A stretch of DNA of 19,739 bases from a virus (Duplodnaviria; Heunggongvirae; Uroviricota; Caudoviricetes): the IMG/VR virus record IMGVR_UViG_2706795442_000001; one strand, written 5' to 3'. Of the stretch, positions 1 through 6,810 are shown one piece after another. Position 1 is the stretch's first letter. Each line of letters starts with the position of its first letter. The notes under the pieces were generated by a model. The model made no database searches and was not told the DNA's origin. It saw only the letters and a list, made by a program, of their open reading frames with translations. Both the position numbers and the translations under genes were made by a program.

Positions 1-104
1 CCTTCGCTCATATAGAAACCCCACAAAAAGGCAAAAATTGTCCACTCTGAATGGACAAATGTTCGTGTTTTAGTTAAATTTGTTTGTTTTGAGTAGACAA
101 TCAT
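1..104 (-). CDS. Hypothetical protein, partial (MIVYSKQTNLTKTRTFVHSEW...), runs off the window edge
   Basis: Not in the ORF track. ATG at 104 with AAAGGAG SD upstream, directly below the promoter at 135-163; frame open to position 1. Confidence 0.7.
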   Translation of the reverse strand, partial: MIVYSKQTNLTKTRTFVHSEWTIFAFLWGFYMSE

Positions 105-134
105 TGTTTTTTCTCCTTTCTTTATCTTAATTAC

Positions 135-163
135 ATTATATAATAGAAACAAGGGGGTGTCAA
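135..163 (-). promoter_or_regulatory. Sigma-A promoter
   Basis: TTGACA(163-158)-17 nt-TATAAT(140-135), perfect consensus. Confidence 0.85.
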
Positions 164-173
164 CCCCTTTTTT
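145..173. terminator. Probable bidirectional intrinsic terminator with the -35 box in its loop
   Basis: AAGGGG(151-156)/CCCCTT(164-169) stem; T-run on the + side, TTGTTTCT tail on the - side. Confidence 0.5.
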
Positions 174-181
174 ACAATTAA

Positions 182-394
182 TTAAATAAAATCTGTTTTA
201 ATTCCATTAAGCTCAAATCCGTATCTCTCTGCTGCCTCTTTAGCTTCTGGTAAATCATCAAATATCTTAGCTTTGTTTATATCCTTAGTAGTAATTACTA
301 TAGTTTCTGTCACTTCTGAACCATATACCTTAACCTCTTCTTCGAAGAATCTTCCATTTTCCATAATCACATAATAAACCTTTCCTATATCCAA
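182..394 (-). CDS. Hypothetical phage protein (70 aa)
   Basis: ORF track; GGAGTG SD; packed in the leftward operon. Confidence 0.8.
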   Translation of the reverse strand: MDIGKVYYVIMENGRFFEEEVKVYGSEVTETIVITTKDINKAKIFDDLPEAKEAAERYGFELNGIKTDFI

Positions 395-405
395 TTATAT
401 CACTC

Positions 406-732
406 CTAATAAAAATCTACAATGAGAAAGAAATAATAATTATCATTAAATACAACTTTTTTTCTATATTCTATTGCTTCTACTAGATAATCATTTCTAC
501 TAATATCTCTTAGCTCTCTATAGAGCAATCTAACGCTTTCTCTGTCTAAATATAGCTCTCCACTATCTACACATACGCCATACTTAAATAATAATTCTTT
601 TACAACGTCATACATGGAATCAGTCTCTTTATATAACTCTTGAAATATCCATTGATAAGCGTAATTATCATTATATAATAGATATGCTATATCATTTTTC
701 ATTCCAGAATGACACCCATACACACAAAACAT
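406..732 (-). CDS. Hypothetical phage protein (108 aa)
   Basis: ORF track; AAGGAGTG SD. Confidence 0.8.
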   Translation of the reverse strand: MFCVYGCHSGMKNDIAYLLYNDNYAYQWIFQELYKETDSMYDVVKELLFKYGVCVDSGELYLDRESVRLLYRELRDISRNDYLVEAIEYRKKVVFNDNYYFFLIVDFY

Positions 733-743
733 ATTAACACTCC

Positions 744-896
744 TTATATATTAAACAAAAAAGCCATTCCTATTAAAGAAGACAATATTCCTAAAGTGGA
801 AAATACGATAGCTTCTATCTTGTTATTAGAAACATATACCATTATTTCAGAAAATATAATAAATGCTAACATAATAAATACAATTAGCGTTTCCAT
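744..896 (-). CDS. Small two-TM membrane protein (50 aa, METLIVFIMLAFIIFSEIMV...LIGMAFLFNI)
   Basis: Not in the ORF track. GGAGG SD, ATG 896, TAA 746-744, two hydrophobic segments; fills the gap exactly. Confidence 0.8.
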   Translation of the reverse strand: METLIVFIMLAFIIFSEIMVYVSNNKIEAIVFSTLGILSSLIGMAFLFNI

Positions 897-910
897 ATAA
901 AATAACCTCC

Positions 911-950
911 TAAAAAAACTTCCTATACAGTATTATACCATATAAGAAGT
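911..950 (-). terminator. Intrinsic terminator with the -10 box of the next promoter in its loop
   Basis: - strand ACTTCTTATA/TATAGGAAGT 10-bp stem (one G-U) followed by a T7 run. Confidence 0.6.
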
Positions 951-960
951 CATTTGTCAA
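932..960 (-). promoter_or_regulatory. Sigma-A promoter with extended -10
   Basis: TTGACA(960-955)-17 nt-TATAAT(937-932), TGn upstream of -10. Confidence 0.85.
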
Positions 961-966
961 TAAATA

Positions 967-1482
967 TTATTGTAATGTATCTTTAAAATTATTCATATTA
1001 TCTTCAATAAATTCTATTTTTTCATATAAAGATTCAAAATCTATTTCCATTTGTTTCAATAAAAACATATCGGTTACAAATACTTTTTTAAGTGACATTG
1101 AATGAACTAATTCTATTACGTTCTTAGAAAATATATTAACTTTTTTCTCGTATTTAACAACCTTTTTATTAAAATCTATTATCTTGCTTTCTTCTAAATA
1201 GTTTTCAATAGTGCGATTAGGTAAATCACTGTCAAATTCTAAATCGAAAATCTGATTCATCATATTACTATATTTATAATCAATATTTTTACTTAATGTT
1301 ATAAGTTCAGTGAATTTATTACTAAATAATTTCATTTTATTATTATATTCTTCTTCGTCTATAATCTCTAACCCTTTAAAATTAACTAAATGAAGCATAA
1401 TCTCTTTAACAACATCTGTATAAAGTGCCATTTTTTCATTGTAAAAATCAAATTTAAGAACATTTTCTAGTTCCAGTTTCAT
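967..1482 (-). CDS. Hypothetical phage protein (171 aa)
   Basis: ORF track; AAGGAGTG SD. Confidence 0.8.
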   Translation of the reverse strand: MKLELENVLKFDFYNEKMALYTDVVKEIMLHLVNFKGLEIIDEEEYNNKMKLFSNKFTELITLSKNIDYKYSNMMNQIFDLEFDSDLPNRTIENYLEESKIIDFNKKVVKYEKKVNIFSKNVIELVHSMSLKKVFVTDMFLLKQMEIDFESLYEKIEFIEDNMNNFKDTLQ

Positions 1483-1493
1483 ACAAGCACTCC

Positions 1494-1685
1494 TTATTTA
1501 AAACTATTTACATCAATAGGGATAATTTGATGCATTGCTAAGAAATTTTGTTTTTCAACAAATGCTTTAGCTGATTTTTCTGTATCAAATACAAAGAATT
1601 TTTGCTGATTTGTTTTAGTTAATCCAATAACTTGGAAAACTCTACCTTTTCTTTTCATTGCTTTTTTTGTTTCTTCTAAGTTCAT
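1494..1685 (-). CDS. Hypothetical phage protein (63 aa)
   Basis: ORF track; AAAGGAG SD. Confidence 0.8.
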   Translation of the reverse strand: MNLEETKKAMKRKGRVFQVIGLTKTNQQKFFVFDTEKSAKAFVEKQNFLAMHQIIPIDVNSFK

Positions 1686-1688
1686 ATA

Positions 1689-1841
1689 CTATTTTTCTCC
1701 TTTATTTTTATAAATTTTTAATGCTTGTTCTTTGTTATCAGCATTTACTATATATAACTTTTCATTTTCTCTTGATTTTTCTATATTTTTATGAATATGT
1801 CCTATATTATCTGTAAATTCCCTAATTAAGTATTGGGTCAT
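1689..1841 (-). CDS. DUF1381-like small staphylococcal phage protein (50 aa)
   Basis: Not in the ORF track. MTQYLIREFTDNIGHIH...IVNADNKEQALKIY matches the DUF1381 pattern as I recall it (MTQYLI..F.D.TG..H...V.A..KE.A); ATGA overlap with the upstream gene. Confidence 0.75.
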   Translation of the reverse strand: MTQYLIREFTDNIGHIHKNIEKSRENEKLYIVNADNKEQALKIYKNKGEK

Positions 1842-2071
1842 TTAATAGTCACGACCCCTTTAACAACAATAATAGAATCGTGAGAACCATAATCTATATG
1901 TGTTTCATTGTTAACTTCCCAAATTCTTAAATAAGGAGATAAAGGTAATTGTTTTAGTTCTGGTAATTGTTTAGCCATTTCTAACCAACTTGAACCTTTT
2001 ACAACTTCTCCTAATTTAATACCTCTTTTTTGATGATTTTTTCTAAGATAAACTTTAGAATATTCTGTCAT
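1838..2071 (-). CDS. Hypothetical phage protein (77 aa)
   Basis: ORF track; GAGTGAG SD; translationally coupled to the next gene. Confidence 0.8.
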   Translation of the reverse strand: MTEYSKVYLRKNHQKRGIKLGEVVKGSSWLEMAKQLPELKQLPLSPYLRIWEVNNETHIDYGSHDSIIVVKGVVTIK

Positions 2072-2097
2072 GCTAACAACTCACTCTTTCTAATTTG

Positions 2098-2451
2098 TTA
2101 TTTTTTGTTCCATTTTGAATATGGTTTTAATAAACCTTCCGTCTTTAAATCGTCATTTAAACAACGTACTTCATTATCAGAATTATAATAGACTTTTGCT
2201 AAATATCTACCAAAAACATCATCTTTATATGTCTGAATATATATTTTTTGACCTTCAACACATAACTTAGTAAAGTTTGTAGCTTCTCTAAAGTTATCTT
2301 GACCTCTTTCAGGTGTGTCTACGTTAATAAGTCTCAGTCTACGTTCAGCAGATGTCTTAAATCCTAAATCTAATATTACGTCTATTGTATCTCCGTCAAC
2401 TACATTAGTACAAACTCCTTGAAATATATATAAACTATCCTTAATATCCAA
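2098..2451 (-). CDS. Thermonuclease (SNase-like), no signal peptide
   Basis: VVDGDTIDV, RLRLINVDTPE and DVFGRYLA carry the SNase catalytic D/R/D/E/R residues. Confidence 0.9.
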   Translation of the reverse strand: MDIKDSLYIFQGVCTNVVDGDTIDVILDLGFKTSAERRLRLINVDTPERGQDNFREATNFTKLCVEGQKIYIQTYKDDVFGRYLAKVYYNSDNEVRCLNDDLKTEGLLKPYSKWNKK

Positions 2452-2464
2452 ATTATCACTCCTA

Positions 2465-2929
2465 TTATGCTAAACTATAATCATTTCCGTAAATATCTTT
2501 ATATATTTTAATCTTATCTGGAACGCTAGAATGATATTCTTTAATTCCATTCATTACACCTAAGCCAATCATTCTTGCATAGGATTGTGTTTTATAAGTT
2601 TTTGTATAATTAAACATTCTATCCATGATGTTAAATGGTCTCAAGTCACATTCTTTATCGAAAATCACACCAATTTTATCATTTCCCATTATTTCTATGT
2701 CTCTTTTATGTTCTTTTAGAAATCTTTCAGCTACATATAGCTCGTCTTCTGTAAAAATACCGTCAATTTTACTAATAAATACCCCAAATGAGCCACTTTC
2801 AACCATTCTAATAGTCTCGATTTGCATGTTTTTTCCGTCTATTTTATCGTAAAATGTCTCGATTTTCATAACATTATTAACTTTATTTAAGTCACTTACT
2901 TTTAATAAAAAATTCAATTCTTCACACAT
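2465..2929 (-). CDS. Hypothetical phage protein (154 aa)
   Basis: ORF track; AAGGAG SD. Confidence 0.75.
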   Translation of the reverse strand: MCEELNFLLKVSDLNKVNNVMKIETFYDKIDGKNMQIETIRMVESGSFGVFISKIDGIFTEDELYVAERFLKEHKRDIEIMGNDKIGVIFDKECDLRPFNIMDRMFNYTKTYKTQSYARMIGLGVMNGIKEYHSSVPDKIKIYKDIYGNDYSLA

Positions 2930-2956
2930 TTTCCTAATTTCTCCTTATTTTCTTAC

Positions 2957-3286
2957 TTATTTTACCTTATAATTAGTAATTCCACGCATTTTAAACTGTT
3001 TTCTTGCTGCTTTTATATTATTATCTGTTGGATTCTTTAATGTTACCACATATTTACCTCTTTTGTAAAGTATTGTATTAGAACCAGCTACTCTATTAAG
3101 TTCTGATTTTAACAATTCTAAACTTCTTTTACCATTTTCTTTAGAAAATTTATTATTTGCTACTTCTTGTTGCAGTTCTTGTTTACCACTATGTACTATC
3201 CCTAAGAAAATTAGTATAGGCATTATTATAAATTGTCCGATAATTATAAATGAACATATAATAAAAACTAATCCAATTATAAACAT
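2957..3286 (-). CDS. Membrane-anchored hypothetical protein
   Basis: N-terminal hydrophobic helix; AAGGAG SD. Confidence 0.8.
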   Translation of the reverse strand: MFIIGLVFIICSFIIIGQFIIMPILIFLGIVHSGKQELQQEVANNKFSKENGKRSLELLKSELNRVAGSNTILYKRGKYVVTLKNPTDNNIKAARKQFKMRGITNYKVK

Positions 3287-3301
3287 ATTAATCTCTCCTT
3301 T

Positions 3302-3619
3302 TTACACTATTCTAAAGTTTTTGACACCATGTTTAATAAGAATATCATATGTTCTTTCTTCATTTTTCTTATTAACAACATCAATATCAAAATATTTTCT
3401 TTTTATATCATATTCAAAACTACAATTACAATCTTTTTCAACTAATTCTTCAAGTAATTCAGTTCTTTTATATTTTCCAATCTGCTCATCTAAATATTCA
3501 ACAGAATTTTTTCTTTTAGGTGCTAACTTCTTAGCTCCAAGTCCTAACAATCCAATAACTAAAATGTACGACATATATATTAAACCTATAGTCACTCCTA
3601 ATAAAAATAGTAATATCAT
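3302..3619 (-). CDS. Membrane-anchored hypothetical protein, probable paralog of 2957-3286
   Basis: N-terminal hydrophobic helix; shared ELL..EL, KR.KY and G[IV].N[YF][KR][VI] motifs. Confidence 0.8.
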   Translation of the reverse strand: MILLFLLGVTIGLIYMSYILVIGLLGLGAKKLAPKRKNSVEYLDEQIGKYKRTELLEELVEKDCNCSFEYDIKRKYFDIDVVNKKNEERTYDILIKHGVKNFRIV

Positions 3620-3649
3620 TATTAAACACTCCTTTTTGTTTATATATTA

Positions 3650-3677
3650 ATTATAACATATTATTTATCTTTGTCAA
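3650..3677 (-). promoter_or_regulatory. Sigma-A promoter
   Basis: TTGACA(3677-3672)-16 nt-TATAAT(3655-3650) with TGn. Confidence 0.7.
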
Positions 3678-3984
3678 CCTTAAATTCATTAATAATATCT
3701 AAATATTCTTGTCTTTCTTGTTCTCTTTTCTCAATAGCTTGTTGTTTAGTTGAACGTTTATGCTTAATTACTGTTACTAGAATCTCTGTATTACCTTTCT
3801 TTTGTAAGATAAATTCTCTATAATTTTTATAAAATATATGTTTTTTATCTCCAATATTAATAATTCTTTTGTTTTTGAGCGCTTTTAAATCTTTCATTAT
3901 AGCGTCTCTTGTTTTCTTTTGATTATAGTTGATACGTTCTGCATATCTCTCCATTGCATGGTCTGTAATTATGTATTTTGTCAT
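3661..3984 (-). CDS. Hypothetical protein with T-x-HA-x-ER motif (DUF4258/RelE-BrnT-like fold candidate)
   Basis: IITDHAMERYAER N-terminus and ILVTVI strand; AAGGAGTG SD. Confidence 0.7.
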   Translation of the reverse strand: MTKYIITDHAMERYAERINYNQKKTRDAIMKDLKALKNKRIINIGDKKHIFYKNYREFILQKKGNTEILVTVIKHKRSTKQQAIEKREQERQEYLDIINEFKVDKDK

Positions 3985-4015
3985 TTTTAATTCACTCCTT
4001 ATTTGTTATACTCTT

Positions 4016-4044
4016 ATTATAAACTAAAACTCTCAAAGTGTCAA
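4016..4044 (-). promoter_or_regulatory. Sigma-A promoter
   Basis: TTGACA(4044-4039)-17 nt-TATAAT(4021-4016). Confidence 0.85.
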
Positions 4045-4056
4045 CCATGAGAGTTA
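4020..4056 (-). terminator. Probable intrinsic terminator with the -35 box in its loop
   Basis: AACTCTC/GAGAGTT 7-bp stem (4028-4034/4049-4055) and TTAGTTT tail on the - strand. Confidence 0.55.
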
Positions 4057-4742
4057 GAAAAACTAGAAATTTTTCTTTTTTTATTTTTAAATTTTACTTT
4101 CTTAAATTTTTTATAACTCCAGTATCTCATTGAATATAAATCTAAAAGTAACTTTGTATAATCTAAATTTAATTCATTCATAATTTTACAAAAACCAATG
4201 TCTTTTATAATATAAGTTTCGTTTTCTTTTTGAATAATATGATTTGAATCATTTTTTAAATCTTCGCATATTTCAAAAATATATTTTTCGTTAGTATCTA
4301 AAATATCAGCAATTACTTTATGGCTATAATATATTTGTCCATAAAGAACAGAATAAGGAATATTATTCAACTCTGTATTATCGTGTTTGATTCCTTTATC
4401 TTTTGGAACATAAGCCATATCTTTGTTTTTATTATTTTTATTTCTATATTTTCCTAATATTAAATTAGATTTTCTACGTTTCCTATTTCTTCCTTTAAGA
4501 TTTTTTAATAACAATTCATATCCTGTTTGGGATAAATAATATTTATTGTTTTTTAATATTACTATATTTTTTTCTCCTTTTTTTATAGATTTTACAATAG
4601 GAACTATTTTATCTTTTCTTAAATTCAATTGTTCTAATATATCCTCTAACTTAATACAGTATAATATTTTATCTCCTACTTTAAATTCATAAAAATTAAC
4701 ATCTACTTTTACACTATTATTATTAAAATTCTTTTTATACAT
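4041..4742 (-). CDS. Basic putative DNA-binding protein with two similar ~55-aa domains
   Basis: AAGGAG SD; YYLSQTGYELLLKNL and YIIKDIGFCKIMNEL resemble Rha/ORF6N-type signatures. Confidence 0.75.
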   Translation of the reverse strand: MYKKNFNNNSVKVDVNFYEFKVGDKILYCIKLEDILEQLNLRKDKIVPIVKSIKKGEKNIVILKNNKYYLSQTGYELLLKNLKGRNRKRRKSNLILGKYRNKNNKNKDMAYVPKDKGIKHDNTELNNIPYSVLYGQIYYSHKVIADILDTNEKYIFEICEDLKNDSNHIIQKENETYIIKDIGFCKIMNELNLDYTKLLLDLYSMRYWSYKKFKKVKFKNKKRKISSFSNSHG

Positions 4743-4779
4743 ATTGTGTTCTCCTTATTCATACATAATAAAAAAACTA

Positions 4780-5390
4780 TTGTATATTTTTCAGAATGAA
4801 AAATGTAATCAATATATATTTACAATGTGTTTGTTAGTGAGCTAAGCGAACTAACATTACAGATTGTTATATATATTGTAAGTATCTCGATGAAGTGTTT
4901 AGTCGCTAACAAGTTAGCTCCTGTGTGCCAAAAATTACTACGTAATTGTTTGTCACAGTATTTTTTAATTATTATTTTTTAAACACTTAATAACAAACAC
5001 TCAATAAACAATAGTTAAAAAAGTATATACTTATCCCTAATATACTCTCTGTTCTCAAAAACTTTTTTCAAAAAGATACCGCACTTGAAAGCCTAACGGT
5101 AATTACATTGAGACGATACGTACTGAAAAGCACGCCTAAATTCTCCAAGTTAAAGCAACTGTTCTTACGGGAAGTTACAATAACACCCAACCTTTAAGTA
5201 TTTATTGTGCGGACTGGTTTAACCACACTAGAACATAGCTAGATACTCAAAACGAAATAAGTCTAACGTAACAATATACGCAATGCTATGCTGGTCTACT
5301 TTCTAATCATCATCTATTATCGGCGAGACGACCACCTGTCCGTTTATACAAACATAGGACAACTAACAAAACTTAAACTATTTATTTTCT
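4780..5390 (-). ncRNA. Candidate long structured non-coding RNA or leader
   Basis: ORF-free, with many complementary segments, directly below the promoter at 5397-5426. Confidence 0.35.
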
Positions 5391-5396
5391 ATATAT

Positions 5397-5426
5397 ATTA
5401 TAACATACACCTGATATATCTGTCAA
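5397..5426 (-). promoter_or_regulatory. Strong sigma-A promoter firing into the non-coding region
   Basis: TTGACA(5426-5421)-18 nt-TATAAT(5402-5397), TGn, A-rich UP region. Confidence 0.85.
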
Positions 5427-5614
5427 GCGTTTTTTAAAATTTATTTAAAAATATTATATTTTTTTCTTTCTGTATATATTATAACACACAGAGTAATGTT
5501 TGTGTTAATTATTTTATGACAAATTTGTGACATTATTATTCTTATTTATGTAAAAAATTAGTAAACAACACCCGAAAATGCACGTTATTGTTACATATAT
5601 AATGTAAAGGGTTT

Positions 5615-5623
5615 TATACATAT
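5615..5623 (+). promoter_or_regulatory. TATACATA late-region motif, copy 1
   Basis: Upstream of the first rightward gene; one of eight intergenic copies. Confidence 0.5.
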
Positions 5624-5666
5624 AAAAAAGGAAATTGTCATCTTTCTTAAATAGGAAGGTGTAAAA

Positions 5667-5792
5667 ATGACAAGCAATCCAAAATGCTCTAATTGTAACG
5701 GGCAAACTAAACATATAGACACAGACGAATACGAATGTGTTTATTGCGGTTGTGTTCTTGATGAATATGGAGATGTTATTCATGAGATATAA
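5667..5792 (+). CDS. 41-aa TFIIB-type zinc-ribbon protein
   Basis: Not in the ORF track. AGGAAGGTG SD; MTSNPKCSNCNGQTKHIDTDEYECVYCGCVLDEYGDVIHEI has CxxC-x13-CxxCG; overlaps the HNH start. Confidence 0.8.
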   Translation: MTSNPKCSNCNGQTKHIDTDEYECVYCGCVLDEYGDVIHEI

Positions 5793-6183
5793 AGTTTGTT
5801 CACATTGTGGCAGAAGATACGATGCAAACAAACAATGTATTTGTCAAGTAAATAATTCAAATGAATATAGTAAACAATATTATGAACAAAACAAAGAACG
5901 TAAAAAACAATTAAACAGTAAGCGTTGGAAAACTTTAAGAGAGAGAATTATTAAAAGAGACGGTGGAATGTGTAACAGATGTTGGGTAAGTCTTAATGTT
6001 ATAGAAACAAAAGATTTACAAGTACACCATATCAAACCACGTTCTGAATATCCAGAGTTAATGTATGACCCAAACAACTTAATAACAGTTTGTAAAACAT
6101 GTAACCTTGCATTAGGAACAAAAGGTAGTTTAGATTGGGAAGTACAAAAGTTTAATGAAGATATTGACGAACTAAGATTATAA
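5782..6183 (+). CDS. HNH endonuclease, HK97 gp74-like packaging-associated
   Basis: Start reassigned to ATG 5782 (GGAG SD 5769-5772). SKRWKTLRERIIKRD, CxxC, VHHIKP, NLITVCKTCN; adjacent to terS. Confidence 0.9.
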   Translation: MRYKVCSHCGRRYDANKQCICQVNNSNEYSKQYYEQNKERKKQLNSKRWKTLRERIIKRDGGMCNRCWVSLNVIETKDLQVHHIKPRSEYPELMYDPNNLITVCKTCNLALGTKGSLDWEVQKFNEDIDELRL

Positions 6184-6201
6184 ATAAGGAGGGAAAAGGT
6201 A

Positions 6202-6711
6202 ATGTCAAGAGGTAGACCAAAAGCGCCAGCCCAACTTGTAGACCCAAGCAAAAACCATAGATATAATAAATCGCAAGTTGAACAAATGAAAAAATCAGAA
6301 GATGAATTAAAAGGCAAGTCTGAAAAAGTATCTGACATTCCGGAGTACCTATCAGACCTAGCTAAAGAATACTATTCTTTTATAGTTAATGAAATGGAAG
6401 TAAGTGGTGTTTTAAGTAATCTTGATATTCCAGTGGTCGTTCAGATTTCAGAAACGTTAGCGATTATAAGAGAGTGTGATGCTGATATTCAATTAGACGG
6501 ATTGTGGTATTATGAACCAGACAGAAATGGTAGAGATGTTAAAAAGAAAAACCCTTCTGTCGATATTAGAGATAAAGCACTTAATCAATTTAAACAACTG
6601 GCTGTTCAATTAGGTATGACACCGTCATCAAGAAGTAGTTTAGCAGCAGCTAATATAGAAAAGCAAGAAAAAGAAGAAGACCCATTATTAAAAGTTCTTA
6701 ATCAAAAATAA
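6202..6711 (+). CDS. terS: Terminase small subunit (P27 family)
   Basis: MSRGRPKAP start, P.YL...AK..Y, KKNPSVDI, LGMTPSSR C-terminal motif. Confidence 0.9.
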   Translation: MSRGRPKAPAQLVDPSKNHRYNKSQVEQMKKSEDELKGKSEKVSDIPEYLSDLAKEYYSFIVNEMEVSGVLSNLDIPVVVQISETLAIIRECDADIQLDGLWYYEPDRNGRDVKKKNPSVDIRDKALNQFKQLAVQLGMTPSSRSSLAAANIEKQEKEEDPLLKVLNQK

Positions 6712-6776
6712 TATAAGACCGTCATTTGATTGTAAAAGACTACGGACACTAAGTCAATTAGGTTTAGAGGTGTCCA

Positions 6777-6786
6777 TATACATATT
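6777..6786 (+). promoter_or_regulatory. TATACATA late-region motif, copy 2
   Basis: 1 nt after the GGACAC/GTGTCC stem (6744-6775), upstream of the DUF2828 gene. Confidence 0.5.
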
Positions 6787-6810
6787 AAAACTTGAAAGGA
6801 AGTCGTTCCC

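Noticed and set aside
38-58. Perfect 7-bp inverted repeat TTGTCCA/TGGACAA
   Set aside because: Single occurrence inside a coding frame, no U-tract and no second copy.
5478-5507. Second leftward extended -10 (TGTTATAAT) in a near-direct repeat of 5385-5410
   Set aside because: No recognisable -35 box; may be a weak tandem promoter but cannot be supported.
5514-5831. - strand 105-aa ORF
   Set aside because: Antisense to the well-supported Zn-ribbon and HNH starts, no SD, and biased shadow-ORF composition.
6184-6201. cos site expected between HNH and terS
   Set aside because: The gap is 18 nt and is just the SD. HNH plus P27 terS suggests cos packaging, but no cos sequence can be identified from this window.
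6744-6775. GGACAC-TAAGTCAA...GTGTCC hairpin upstream of DUF2828 as a fourth array unit
   Set aside because: The stem resembles unit 1, but the loop is only 20 nt and TAAGTCAA is a poor match to TACAGCAA; possibly a degenerate relative.
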